In this document: piece after piece, positions 15,715 to 25,365 of the stretch
Numbering within the stretch: the first letter of the stretch is position 1
How the letters are laid out: every line of letters starts with the position of its first letter
Program-made: the position numbers and the translations under genes
Origin: Bdellovibrionales bacterium
GTDB taxonomy: Bacteria > Bdellovibrionota > Bdellovibrionia > Bdellovibrionales > UBA1609
Length of the DNA: 32,000 bases
Assembly: GCA_965247685.1 (NCBI GenBank)
Contig: OZ252021.1
Span: 210,001 to 242,000, forward strand
Reading direction: 5' to 3'
The notes under the pieces: generated by a model
What the model was told of the DNA's origin: nothing
Database searches by the model: none
Seen by the model: the letters and a program-made list of their open reading frames with translations, nothing else

Positions 15715-17346
15715 CTATCGACTCAATGTCACACCGTAGAAAGACTCACTACCATGTGGAGCCAAAATATAACCCTGAACTTTCTTATTGGAACCTCGAA
15801 AACCATAAGTGTGAACTAATGGAACCCAAGGGCTTTCTTCCGCAAAAATCTCTTGTGCTTTTTTATAAAGCTCTTCTCTTTCTTTTTGATTCAAAGTTTG
15901 AGAAGCTTTTTTTACCAACTGACTAAAAGGTTTATTGCACCATTGAGCTAAATTCGTACCGCTTGTTAGAGATGTACAACTGAGAAGAGTTCCTAAGAAA
16001 TTATCCGGATCCCCATTATCACTTGTCCACCCCATCTGAACTAAGGCATGCTCTGCTTTTTGCGTCTTTTGAAGGTAGGTCACCCAATCATAATTAACGA
16101 GATGAACATTAATACCTACTTGAGCTAAATCTTCCTTCATTAATTCGCCCATTTTTTTTCCATCTGGGTTATAAGGGCGGGAAACTGGAAGCACCCATAG
16201 ATCAATATCAAAACCTTTTTCATAACCTGCTTTTTTCAGTAACTCTTTTGCTTTCTTTACATCATACTCATAAACTTTAATGTTCTTATTGTAAGACCAC
16301 ATACGAGGAGGAATAGGCCCCTTAGCGATCTGGGCGTTTCCTAGGTAAATAGCCTTCACATAAAGAGAACGATTCAAAGCATGATGAATGGCCTGTCGAA
16401 TAAATTTATTGTCTAAAGGAGTTTTTTTCACATTCATACCCAGATAAGCCACGTTATAAACTTCACTTTTTATCAACTTTAGTTTTTCATGGTTGGCGAT
16501 AGCCTCGTAATCACTAGGAGAAGGAAAACTCATCAAATGACATTCCTCTCTTTTTAATTTTTGAAACCTTACAGAAGCATCTGGAGTGATGGAAAAAACC
16601 ATTCCACTTAAAGAAGACGGTGCTTTAAAATATTTTTTATTCGTTTTATAACGAATCAAACTATCTTTTTTATAATCTGTTAAAATGAAGGGGCCTGTTC
16701 CAACAGGAATATGATCGATATCTCCTTTTCTCTTCTGTTGAATCAGTTGATCTCCGTATTCTTTAGAAAGAACCACAGGAAACTGCATGGCTAAACTGAC
16801 TAAAAATGTGGCACTCACTTCTTTCAAATCAAAACGAACAGTAGAGTTATTAATTTTCACGACATCTTTTAAAACTTTATCTAAGCCCATGGCAAAAAAG
16901 TACATATAGTTTCCACCACTTACTTTATGAAACGGATGAGATTTATCGAAAAATCTTTTAAAAGAAAAAAGAACGTCATCGGCGTTCATCTTGCGAGTGG
17001 GGGTAAAGTTTTTGGTGGTATGAAAAGACACATCTTGTCTTAGATAAAAAGTATATTGAAGACCATCTTTAGATATTTTCCATGATTTTGCTAGATTCGG
17101 CTGAATAATCGAAGTTCCTCTCTTAAATTCAACAAGTCCATCGTAAACATCACTGATCGCATCAAAGCTTGTGCCATCGGATGCAACTTGAGGATTGAGA
17201 AAGCGAGGAGAACCCTCAGAACAAAAAACAAAAATATTAGGAGTGGAGTTTTCTGAGTCTGAAACACTATCATTTGTATTTTGAAACAAATAAAAGCCAA
17301 TGACTAATGATAATAAAATAATCCAAAATATGTGTCTTTTTTTCAC
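15715..17346 (-). CDS. dppA: Peptide ABC transporter periplasmic substrate-binding protein (family 5, DppA-like)
   Basis: FVFCSEGSPRFLNPQVASDGTSFDA...LVEF...PNLAKSWKISKDGLQYTFYLRQDVSFH...TPTRKMNADDVLFSFKR is collinear with E. coli DppA. I place the start at GTG 17346 (GAAGGG 6 nt upstream, MKKRHIFWIILLSLVIGFYLF signal peptide). The longer track ORF to 17409 would overlap ung. Confidence 0.85.
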   Translation of the reverse strand: MKKRHIFWIILLSLVIGFYLFQNTNDSVSDSENSTPNIFVFCSEGSPRFLNPQVASDGTSFDAISDVYDGLVEFKRGTSIIQPNLAKSWKISKDGLQYTFYLRQDVSFHTTKNFTPTRKMNADDVLFSFKRFFDKSHPFHKVSGGNYMYFFAMGLDKVLKDVVKINNSTVRFDLKEVSATFLVSLAMQFPVVLSKEYGDQLIQQKRKGDIDHIPVGTGPFILTDYKKDSLIRYKTNKKYFKAPSSLSGMVFSITPDASVRFQKLKREECHLMSFPSPSDYEAIANHEKLKLIKSEVYNVAYLGMNVKKTPLDNKFIRQAIHHALNRSLYVKAIYLGNAQIAKGPIPPRMWSYNKNIKVYEYDVKKAKELLKKAGYEKGFDIDLWVLPVSRPYNPDGKKMGELMKEDLAQVGINVHLVNYDWVTYLQKTQKAEHALVQMGWTSDNGDPDNFLGTLLSCTSLTSGTNLAQWCNKPFSQLVKKASQTLNQKEREELYKKAQEIFAEESPWVPLVHTYGFRGSNKKVQGYILAPHGSESFYGVTLSR

Positions 17347-17356
17347 ATCCAACCCT

Positions 17357-18076
17357 TCAGTCCTTTGAAGGTAATATACTTGGAAGAGACCAGTCAATAG
17401 CAGTTTCACCTTTAGACTTTAGATAATCGTTTGCTTTAGAAAAATGAGAACAACCAAAAAAACCTCGATGCACCGATAAAGGAGAAGGATGAGGTGCTGT
17501 TAATACTAAATGTTTATCTCTATCAATAAACTGTCCTTTGCGATGGGCATAACTCCCCCATAACATAAAAACCAAATGCTCCTTATGGATATTTAATAAG
17601 GATAAAATTTTATCGGTAAACTCTTCCCATCCTCGGTTTTGATGAGAACCTGCTCTACCTTCATTCACAGTGAGCACGCTATTCAAAAGTAGCACCCCTT
17701 GTACAGCCCAATACTCTAAACAGCCATGATTCGGATATGGAATACCGAGATCTCTTTTAAGTTCACTAAAAATATTTTTCAATGACGGAGGAATAGCGAT
17801 ATGAGAACGAACAGAAAAACAAAGCCCATGCGCTTGATGTACACCATGGTAAGGGTCTTGCCCCAGCATCACAACTTTAACTTCATCAAAAGGGGTTATA
17901 TTTAAAGCTTGAAAGTATTCACTAGGTTGAGGGAACACTCGGTTCTTATTTTTAATTTCACTGACTAAAAACTTTCTCAGCTTTTTCATATAAGGTTCTT
18001 CAAACTCAGTTTGAAGATGCTGTTTCCACACTTTTTCTAATTGAACATCTTTAACAGATTGAGTAGATTCTGACAT
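17357..18076 (-). CDS. ung: Uracil-DNA glycosylase (family 1)
   Basis: It has GQDPYHGVHQAHGLCFSV (water-activating loop), the LLLN motif and HPSPLS (Leu-intercalation loop). The start is taken at ATG 18076. The track start at 18100 is a TTG and remains possible. Confidence 0.9.
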   Translation of the reverse strand: MSESTQSVKDVQLEKVWKQHLQTEFEEPYMKKLRKFLVSEIKNKNRVFPQPSEYFQALNITPFDEVKVVMLGQDPYHGVHQAHGLCFSVRSHIAIPPSLKNIFSELKRDLGIPYPNHGCLEYWAVQGVLLLNSVLTVNEGRAGSHQNRGWEEFTDKILSLLNIHKEHLVFMLWGSYAHRKGQFIDRDKHLVLTAPHPSPLSVHRGFFGCSHFSKANDYLKSKGETAIDWSLPSILPSKD

Positions 18077-18357
18077 ATCTGTTTCATAAAGTATTTTCAA
18101 AAAAAATTCAAAGCTTTTTAAAAAATAAAGTTTTCAAATCTACTCTCAACGAATGTCTCAATAAGAGTCATTCTAAAAATAAATTCGTATATTTTTAGAG
18201 CCTATTTTTACAGCCTCCCTGGCTTTAAAACCCCCAAAAGAAGTATTTTTTGTCATAAAATTGACAAATATCCCAACTCAACACACTTTTACCCTGTAAA
18301 AGAGTTATTTAAAAATAGTGTTAGTTCCGATAAAATAATTATAAAGGAAATAAAAAT

Positions 18358-18702
18358 ATGGATAAAAAATATAAATTATTCCAACCTTCCAACGCTGAAA
18401 AGGCTTTTATTTACCAACAAACCCAAGATCTCATTTCTATCACTAATGAGCAATGCCCTGTATCTGTCTTTTTAGAAAAAAATGAAACTGCTCCTCAAAA
18501 AGAGTACATCGTCACTTTCGTACTAGGTGTGGCTCCTAGCAATGTTTTAGCTCGAAGTAAGGGAGCAGACTTTATGGAAGCTTGCGTATCTGCAAAAAAT
18601 GAAATGAAGAAAAAACTATCACTCATCGCACAATCTATGGAAGAATCTCCAGAAAGAATAAAGTTTATTGACGAAATCAAAAAATCTCATTACCTTCATT
18701 AG
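18358..18702 (+). CDS. Small protein, possibly of the ribosome hibernation factor (HPF/RaiA) fold
   Basis: 114 aa with AAGGA upstream. The segment VSVFLEKNE...YIVTFVLGV...LARSKGADFMEACVSAKNEMKKKL has the same hydrophobic pattern as the E. coli HPF beta-beta-beta-alpha core. The similarity is weak and recalled from memory. Confidence 0.35.
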   Translation: MDKKYKLFQPSNAEKAFIYQQTQDLISITNEQCPVSVFLEKNETAPQKEYIVTFVLGVAPSNVLARSKGADFMEACVSAKNEMKKKLSLIAQSMEESPERIKFIDEIKKSHYLH

Positions 18703-18741
18703 GCTATTAGAAAATTCCTTGAATAAACAAACGGATAGCTC

Positions 18742-19554
18742 ATGAGCCTAAATGCAGTTTTTACAAAAATGTGTGGTGCTGGAAATGATTTTCTCATTAC
18801 CGATTCGGATCGAATTTCTAAATCTCAATCCTCTCATAGTATTCAAGACCTTGTTTCTAAAATTCCAGAATTTTGTCATCGAAAATTTGGAATAGGAGCT
18901 GATGGTGTTTGCCTTCTAGTTCCTCAAAAAAATTCTGAACTAGAATGGCAATTTTTTAACAATGATGGTTCTCAAGCTTCCATGTGCGGTAATGCTGCCT
19001 GCTGTATTATTCATTATGCTTATGAACAAGGGTTGCAAAAAAAAACAAACCCTGTTATTTTGAAGATTAGAGATAAGACTTTAAAGGGATCACTCAACTC
19101 TAAAAAAAAGGCTCAGCTTCAATGCGAAATGCCTCAATGGATTCAAAAAGATCAATCTATAGAATTTAATAATGAATTATTCCACTTTAATAAAATTCAC
19201 TCAGGTGTGGATCATATTGTGATCAAACATGATCAAGTTCATACCCCAAACTCGCTAAAGCCTGTTGCTCAGTTTCTTCGTCAACAACATCCAACTTGCA
19301 ATATCACATTTTGCAAAAAAGAAAGTAAAAGCAACCTCACCTGTGTCACTTTTGAAAGAGGAGTTGAGGAATTTACTCTTGCCTGTGGTACTGGAGCTTT
19401 GGCCGCTTCTTATTTCTTCAAAGACAACATGTCATTTGACATTGCTATGCCTGGAGGAGTATTAAATGTTTATTTTGATAACCAATATGCTTTTTTAAGT
19501 TCTCCCGTACATTGGATTGCTGAAGTCACACTTCAACTCAAAACATACAACTAG
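18742..19554 (+). CDS. dapF: Diaminopimelate epimerase
   Basis: 270 aa. It has FTKMCGAGNDFLI, NNDGSQASMCGNAACC (first catalytic Cys) and FTLACGTGALA (second catalytic Cys). Confidence 0.9.
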   Translation: MSLNAVFTKMCGAGNDFLITDSDRISKSQSSHSIQDLVSKIPEFCHRKFGIGADGVCLLVPQKNSELEWQFFNNDGSQASMCGNAACCIIHYAYEQGLQKKTNPVILKIRDKTLKGSLNSKKKAQLQCEMPQWIQKDQSIEFNNELFHFNKIHSGVDHIVIKHDQVHTPNSLKPVAQFLRQQHPTCNITFCKKESKSNLTCVTFERGVEEFTLACGTGALAASYFFKDNMSFDIAMPGGVLNVYFDNQYAFLSSPVHWIAEVTLQLKTYN

Positions 19555-19560
19555 TTCACC

Positions 19561-20661
19561 ATGGCACAAATCACTTATCCCCTTATTATTAAAAAAAAAA
19601 TAAAAGAATGCGATAATGCTTGCTCTCTTGTTTTAACCCCTAAGAATCTCGAAGATCAAAAACTGTTTCTTTATAAACCAGCTCAGTTTTTATCTTTTCA
19701 TATTGAAGTAGATGGAAAAAAAGTGATGAGAAGTTATTCCATCTCCAGTTGTCCTCTTACGAGGGAAGATCTCACTACATCTATTAAAAAACTTCCTTAT
19801 GGAAAAGCCTCCAGTTATCTCGTGGATGAGATCAAAGAAAATGATATTATTTATAGCTCCCGCCCTCAAGGTCGTTTTTTTAAAATACCTGATAGTTTAA
19901 AACCACGTCATTACCTTATGGTTGCGGGTGGAAGTGGTATCACCCCTCTTTTTTCTATTTTAAAAACAGTTCTTTTATCAGATAAGCAAAATCAAGTGAC
20001 TCTTGTTTATTGCAATAAAAATGAAAACTCTATTATCTATAAAAACCCTTTGAAGGAATGGGAAAAACGTTATTCTGATCGTTTTCAAGTGATCCACTTT
20101 ATCAGCCGCCCTGTAACACATGAGTATGAAAACCAAGGCCGCTTGACTGAAAAAACTTTCACTCACATTGTAAATACCTGTAATACGAAACAGCTCGACA
20201 TGGAATCTTATCTTTGCGGTCCGACTGAGTTAATGAAAATGATAGAAACTATTTTACTCGAAAGCATAGACAAAAAAATGATTCGAAAAGAAAGTTTTGG
20301 AGTAGTTCAAAAAAAGAAACCAGCACATGCTCCAACTTCTGCTCTTATTATTTCTGCTGATGGAAGCTCCCACTCTTCGGGTGAAACTGTGGAGTCGATC
20401 CACGCACGACTAGACGGAGAAAAAATTGAAATTTCCGCTGAGCCGGATGTTTCTATTTTGGATCAGTTGATTGATGCTGGGCATGCCCCTCCTTTTTCCT
20501 GTATGGAAGGAAACTGTATGACCTGTATGGCTGTATTAAAAAAAGGTAAAGTTTACCAAGATGAGCCTGGAATTTTAGTCGAAGAAAATATTGAGGCTAA
20601 AGAAATTTTAACCTGCCAAGCCAAGCCTCTTACTCGTACCGTAGAGGTCGATTACGAATAG
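19561..20661 (+). CDS. Ferredoxin-NAD(P) reductase-like flavoprotein with C-terminal plant-type 2Fe-2S domain (PaaE/phthalate dioxygenase reductase architecture)
   Basis: 366 aa. It has RSYSISS (the RxYS FAD motif), AGGSGITP (NAD(P) binding) and the C-terminal FSCMEGNCMTCMA...LTCQA (C-x4-C-x2-C...C). Confidence 0.8.
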   Translation: MAQITYPLIIKKKIKECDNACSLVLTPKNLEDQKLFLYKPAQFLSFHIEVDGKKVMRSYSISSCPLTREDLTTSIKKLPYGKASSYLVDEIKENDIIYSSRPQGRFFKIPDSLKPRHYLMVAGGSGITPLFSILKTVLLSDKQNQVTLVYCNKNENSIIYKNPLKEWEKRYSDRFQVIHFISRPVTHEYENQGRLTEKTFTHIVNTCNTKQLDMESYLCGPTELMKMIETILLESIDKKMIRKESFGVVQKKKPAHAPTSALIISADGSSHSSGETVESIHARLDGEKIEISAEPDVSILDQLIDAGHAPPFSCMEGNCMTCMAVLKKGKVYQDEPGILVEENIEAKEILTCQAKPLTRTVEVDYE

Positions 20662-20751
20662 ATTTTTGAGTGGTAGATTCAATTGAAGATAAAAGTGTTG
20701 TATTTTAATTAAAATTCCTATTACTATCTTTTTTCACCAAGGGTTCAAGAT

Positions 20752-22173
20752 ATGACAAAAATAACAGTCGCTATGGGAGATGGAATCGGACCAGAAATCA
20801 TGCAAGCTTGTTTACTGATTATGGAAAAAGCTGGCGCCAACATTCAGCCTGAATTTGTAAAAATAGGAGAAGAAGTTTACAACAAAGAAATCCTTACAGG
20901 AATTGAAGATAAAACTTGGGAATCTTTATATAATAATAAAATCTTTTACAAAGCCCCTATCACAACTCCTCAAGGAGGAGGTTTTAAAAGCGTAAATGTC
21001 ACTATTCGAAAAACTCTAGGGCTTTATGCCAATGTTCGACATTCTTGTTCTTATTATCCTTATGTCGATACAAAACATAAAGATTTAGATGTTGTTATTG
21101 TTCGAGAAAATGAAGAAGATCTCTACTCAGGTGTAGAGCATAGACAAACTCAACAAGTCTATCAATGTCTTAAGCTATTTTCTCAATATGGATGCCAAAG
21201 AATATGTCGATTTGCTTTTGAATATGCGATAGCAAACAATAGAAAAAAAGTGGCCTGCTTCACTAAAGATAATATTATGAAGATGACCGATGGGCTCTTT
21301 CATAAGATGTTTGATGAAGTCAGCAAAGACTACCCCTCTATTGCTGCAGAACATTGGATTATCGATATTGGTTCGGCAAAACTAGCAGACACTCCTGAAA
21401 ACTTTGATGTCATTGTGACTTCTAATTTATACGGAGATATTTTATCTGATATAACGGCTCAACTGAGTGGATCGGTGGGTATGGCAGGCTCTTCTAATCT
21501 TGGAGATGGTTATGCCATGTTTGAAGCTATTCACGGTTCAGCTCCTCGAAGAGCAGGACAAAATTTAGCAAATCCTTCGGGATTACTTTCTGCAGGGGTA
21601 GACATGCTTGTTAACATTGAGCAGTCGGATGTAGCTGAAAAAATTAAAAATGCGTGGCTTAAAACTTTAGAAGATGGTTTTCACACATATGACATCTTTC
21701 AAGAAAATAAGAGCAAGGAAAAAGTTGGAACAAAAGAATTTGCTCAAGCTATCATTGATCGTTTAGGAGAAAAGCCTCAAAACTTAAAACCTGTAAAATA
21801 TAAAAGCACTAGTAAAATAAAAAAAATTACTCCCTCGATTGAAAAAACTCAAAAGAAAGAATGTGTGGGGGCAGATATATTTTTTGAGAAACAAACCAAT
21901 AGTGTATCAAAACTTGTTTCTAAACTTCAAAAATTAAATACAAATTTAAAGCTCAATAGCTTGAAGTGCCGAGGACTTGAAGTATGGCCTGGTCCTGAAA
22001 CTCATTTGCAGCTGAGTGATCATTGGGGAGCTCGATTCCTTAGTGAAGAGCCGATTGATTTCAAAGAAGTTTTGTCCTTGATGTCCAAACTTCAAGAAAA
22101 CGGTTTCCTTTGCATAAAAATGGAAGGGCTGTTTTTATTTGATGGACAACCTGGGTTTTATTTAAAAAAATGA
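20752..22173 (+). CDS. icd: Isocitrate dehydrogenase (isocitrate/isopropylmalate dehydrogenase family, NAD-IDH-like) with a C-terminal extension of about 130 aa
   Basis: It has GDGIGPEI, VRENEEDLYSG and NLYGDILSDITAQLSGSVGMAGSSNLG...FEAIHGSAPRRAGQNLANP. Residues from about 340 to 473 have no counterpart in short IDH/IPMDH enzymes. Confidence 0.8.
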   Translation: MTKITVAMGDGIGPEIMQACLLIMEKAGANIQPEFVKIGEEVYNKEILTGIEDKTWESLYNNKIFYKAPITTPQGGGFKSVNVTIRKTLGLYANVRHSCSYYPYVDTKHKDLDVVIVRENEEDLYSGVEHRQTQQVYQCLKLFSQYGCQRICRFAFEYAIANNRKKVACFTKDNIMKMTDGLFHKMFDEVSKDYPSIAAEHWIIDIGSAKLADTPENFDVIVTSNLYGDILSDITAQLSGSVGMAGSSNLGDGYAMFEAIHGSAPRRAGQNLANPSGLLSAGVDMLVNIEQSDVAEKIKNAWLKTLEDGFHTYDIFQENKSKEKVGTKEFAQAIIDRLGEKPQNLKPVKYKSTSKIKKITPSIEKTQKKECVGADIFFEKQTNSVSKLVSKLQKLNTNLKLNSLKCRGLEVWPGPETHLQLSDHWGARFLSEEPIDFKEVLSLMSKLQENGFLCIKMEGLFLFDGQPGFYLKK

Positions 22174-22212
22174 TCCTACTCTTTGTGGAGTAGAAAATAT
22201 AATTAAGGGGTT

Positions 22213-22881
22213 ATGATTATTCAATTTGAAGAATATATTTTAAGTTTCCTTATCTCCTATGCCTCTGAACCTAACATTGCTTATATGGCCATTGTGATTT
22301 TGATGACTATGGGAAGTTTCGGTCTTCCTGTGTCGGAAGAAATAGTTATTATCGCAGCAGGTCTCATGTCTTATATGGGAGCTCACCCTGAACTCTACCC
22401 GCAAATTGCGGAAGCTGAGCATGTGATGACCGTACATACAACGGCACTCGTTTGTTTCTCATCTGTTTTCCTGAGTGATTTTCTTGTATTTCTCATTGGA
22501 CGCCTCATTCAAAATTCGATGTCTAAACAACCTTATATTTTAAAATTAATACCAGAAAAAAAGATGATAAAAATTTCAAAATGGGTCAATCGATATGGAT
22601 ACTTTTACCCTGCTGTTTTCCGTTTACTGCCTGGCCTTAGATTTCCCGGCCATCTTTCTAGTGGATTTTTTAAAATTCCTTACTCACAGTTCATTATTGT
22701 CGACGGTCTGGCAGTCTTACTTCTTGTTCCCACTCAAGTGATTCTTATTGCCTTCTGGGGGCATAAAATTGTAGAAAATTTAAAAATGTTTTCTATACTA
22801 TTGATGGTCATAGTTATTTCATTTATTTCTATTTTTCTATTTAGAAAATTTTCTGAGATCAAAAATCTATTTACTAGGTAA
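22213..22881 (+). CDS. DedA/VTT-family inner-membrane protein
   Basis: 222 aa and multi-TM. KWVNRYGYFYPAVFRLLPGLRFPGHLSSG fits the DedA signature (F..R..PG.R......G). Confidence 0.7.
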   Translation: MIIQFEEYILSFLISYASEPNIAYMAIVILMTMGSFGLPVSEEIVIIAAGLMSYMGAHPELYPQIAEAEHVMTVHTTALVCFSSVFLSDFLVFLIGRLIQNSMSKQPYILKLIPEKKMIKISKWVNRYGYFYPAVFRLLPGLRFPGHLSSGFFKIPYSQFIIVDGLAVLLLVPTQVILIAFWGHKIVENLKMFSILLMVIVISFISIFLFRKFSEIKNLFTR

Positions 22882-22885
22882 AATA

Positions 22886-23851
22886 ATGCAAGGCTATAAA
22901 GTATCTTTTAAAGAAGCTTGCAAACTACTACAACAAGGTGATGTGGTTTCTATTCCTACAGAAACAGTATATGGATTGGCTGGAGATATTAGTAATGCCG
23001 AAACAATAAAAAAAATTTTTCATATAAAACAAAGACCCTTTTTTGATCCTTTGATCGTCCATTTTTCTCACTGGAGTCAATTAAAAAAAATAGCTCAATG
23101 TTCTTCTCCTGTCACAGAACGTTTATCTCAATCTTTTCACCCGGGACCTTTGACGTTGGTGCTCCCAAAAAAAGAAGAAATCTCTGATCTAGTTACATCC
23201 CATCTTCCTACGGTAGCAGTACGAATACCCTCTCATTCTTTGACATTGAAGCTTTTACGAGAGACTCAACTACTTTTAGCGGCGCCTAGTGCTAATTTGT
23301 TTTCAAAAATAAGTCCCACTCGTGCCGAACATGTGACACTCTCTTTATCCGTTCCTGTATTAGATGGAGGTCCTTGCGATGTAGGAATTGAATCAACTAT
23401 TTTGGAAGTGCAGGAAGATCAAAAAACACTTGTTGTATTAAGACCCGGAGTGATTGGTTTGAAAGAACTCCATAAATTTTTAAAATCTAATAACTTCACA
23501 AATTGGAGTGTTCATTTATCTGATTCTAATCTATCTACTCATCCTGGACAGTTTCACGCTCACTACACTCCGGATGCACCATTGGTATTAGTTCAAGTTC
23601 AAAAAAGGATTACTTCTGATGCAATCATCAAAAAAATAAAAGAATTCTATCCCCTTCTTGAACCAGAAGAATATAAAATCTCAGATGACCCTTATCTCTT
23701 AGCGAGAAATCTTTATCACAATTTAAGAAATCTTTCTCAAAATTCTGTAGGTTACGTTGTGAGAACTTATCCATTCAAATATAAAAATGATGCTTGGAGA
23801 GCTGTCTGGAACCGTCTTGAAAAAGCTTCTTCCAAAACCATTAATCTTTAA
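22886..23851 (+). CDS. tsaC: L-threonylcarbamoyladenylate synthase (Sua5/YwlC-type TsaC, YrdC plus Sua5 domains)
   Basis: 321 aa. It has PTETVYGLAGD, RPFFDPLIVH, AVRIPSH and LAAPSANLFSKISPT, and the length fits the two-domain Sua5 form. Its last 11 nt overlap the convergent gene at 23841-25310. Confidence 0.85.
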   Translation: MQGYKVSFKEACKLLQQGDVVSIPTETVYGLAGDISNAETIKKIFHIKQRPFFDPLIVHFSHWSQLKKIAQCSSPVTERLSQSFHPGPLTLVLPKKEEISDLVTSHLPTVAVRIPSHSLTLKLLRETQLLLAAPSANLFSKISPTRAEHVTLSLSVPVLDGGPCDVGIESTILEVQEDQKTLVVLRPGVIGLKELHKFLKSNNFTNWSVHLSDSNLSTHPGQFHAHYTPDAPLVLVQVQKRITSDAIIKKIKEFYPLLEPEEYKISDDPYLLARNLYHNLRNLSQNSVGYVVRTYPFKYKNDAWRAVWNRLEKASSKTINL

Positions 23852-25310
23852 AACTATTTTGGAGAGAATCTAAAGTATCACGGACATCCCTTTGATATTG
23901 CTTTCTTACTTTATCCATTTCATATGTAGATTCAAAACCGATGTAAACTACATCTCCTGCGATAACAGCATAAGCAGAAACACCAGCTAAAGAGACAGCA
24001 CCAATACCTATACCGCGTGCGATACGACCTAGTCTGTGGAAGAAAGATTTTCGACCTTCTAACACTTGATTGGTGACATTTTTCAAGTCTTCTCCTGCTT
24101 TCCTTATCTTCATCTCTTCTTCACTAACTTTAACATCTTGAGCTGCACTTGTTTTTGGATCAGATGTTTGACTCCTGTCGACATTGTTATCAGCTGCACT
24201 TGTTTTTGGATCAGATGTTTGACTCCTGTCGACATTGTTATCAGCTATGGCACGTTTGCTTTGTTCATACTCTTCATTTATGGCAAGTTTGCTTTGTTCA
24301 TACTCTTCATACGCTTCATTTACGGTAAGTTTTCTTTGTTCATTCGCTACAGCTATGGCAAATTTTCTTTTTCCATCCTCTTCAGCTATGGCACGAACTT
24401 TTTGTTTATTCGCTTCACCTAGGGCACGTTTTCTTTGTTCATTCGCTTCATCTATGGCACGTTCTCTTTCAACCCCCGTCTCCTTCTCCGCTTCAACTAG
24501 GGCACGAGCTTTTTGTTTATCCGCTTCAACTATGGCACGTTTTCTTTGTTCATCCGCTTCAACTAGGGCACGTTTTCTTTGTTCATTCGCTTCAGCTATG
24601 GCACGTTTGTTTTGTCCATTCGCTTTAACTACGACACGAGCTTTTTGTTTATCCGCTTCAACTAGGGCACGAACTTTTTGTTTATTCGCTTCAACTGGGG
24701 CATCTTCTTTTTTCGATTTTTCTGTTGCCACTAGGTCATCAATTTTTCTTTTTTGTTTATTCATTTGTTCAAATAGGACTGTGCTCTTTTCTGGGTCAGC
24801 CTTTATAGCTTGGTCAAGTATTCCTTGTTGAATCTTCACCGCTCTCCTTAGTTTTCTAGCACCAGGCTTTTTATTAGGAGTTAAGAGTCGGACAGTACCT
24901 TTTCCAAATGCTGAAGCTTTATGTACCATATATGCAGTACCAAGAGCTGCTGGCACAGCGATATATATACCACGCTCACTGTTTACACCAATCGCTTCAT
25001 TCATCTGTTGGAATTCATCTATAAAGACAGAAACTCCCTGTTTAAAAATCAACTCTATCCTATCTTCACCGTCTAATTGTTCAAAAGCAAGAGCTATGTT
25101 TTCCCATTTAGAAGTAATCGATTCTAATTGATCGAGATCTATATCTCCACCATTTGTTCCAAGATTATTCCTCACATCTTGTGCAAGCAACATAGCTAAT
25201 TGATCGTCTAGTGACTCATTTGGTTCTTCATTATTTTCTACAGCATTTGCTGACAGACTCAAAAGAATGACAGTGAATAAACTGACGAATAATTTTATTA
25301 AGTTTTTCAT
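23841..25310 (-). CDS. Signal-peptide protein with hendecad (11-aa) Lys/Glu/Ala-rich repeat core and C-terminal glycine-rich hydrophobic segment (489 aa)
   Basis: The N-terminus MKNLIKLFVSLFTVILLSLSANA/VENNEE uses the same signal-peptide module as the ANK genes. The core is about 13 units of the type VEADKQKARAL / AEANEQRKRAL, followed by 2 x DNNVDRSQTSDPKTSAA. The C-terminus has RGIGIGAVSLAGVSAYAVIAGDVVYIGF plus a charged tail. Confidence 0.8.
   Translation of the reverse strand: MKNLIKLFVSLFTVILLSLSANAVENNEEPNESLDDQLAMLLAQDVRNNLGTNGGDIDLDQLESITSKWENIALAFEQLDGEDRIELIFKQGVSVFIDEFQQMNEAIGVNSERGIYIAVPAALGTAYMVHKASAFGKGTVRLLTPNKKPGARKLRRAVKIQQGILDQAIKADPEKSTVLFEQMNKQKRKIDDLVATEKSKKEDAPVEANKQKVRALVEADKQKARVVVKANGQNKRAIAEANEQRKRALVEADEQRKRAIVEADKQKARALVEAEKETGVERERAIDEANEQRKRALGEANKQKVRAIAEEDGKRKFAIAVANEQRKLTVNEAYEEYEQSKLAINEEYEQSKRAIADNNVDRSQTSDPKTSAADNNVDRSQTSDPKTSAAQDVKVSEEEMKIRKAGEDLKNVTNQVLEGRKSFFHRLGRIARGIGIGAVSLAGVSAYAVIAGDVVYIGFESTYEMDKVRKQYQRDVRDTLDSLQNSFKD
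24141..24242 (-). repeat. 51-nt tandem repeat x2 (encodes DNNVDRSQTSDPKTSAA twice)
   Basis: AGCTGCACTTGTTTTTGGATCAGATGTTTGACTCCTGTCGACATTGTTATC is repeated with a period of 51 nt. An identical pair lies at 26236-26337. Confidence 0.9.
24243..24700 (-). repeat. Degenerate 33-nt coding repeats (hendecads)
   Basis: The pattern ...GCTTCAACTAGGGCACG(A/T)...TTT(C/G)TTTGTT(C/T)AT(C/T)C... recurs every 33 nt, with two irregular units. Confidence 0.8.
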
Positions 25311-25365
25311 ATTAATTACACTCCCTATAATAATTTAAAAACAACCTCATAATAATCAGATTTCA

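Noticed and set aside
9477-20166. Short ORFs nested antisense or out of frame in housekeeping genes. These are 9477-9704, 9763-10017, 10741-11283 (three ORFs), 11790-11987, 12021-12203, 13143-13346, 14782-14964, 15275-15460, 15473-15661, 15726-15926, 17091-17300, 18495-18680, 19265-19465 and 19978-20166.
   Set aside because: Each lies inside a gene with strong family motifs. Each is 60-100 codons of AT-rich, low-complexity translation with no start context. This is typical spurious ORF content in AT-rich DNA.
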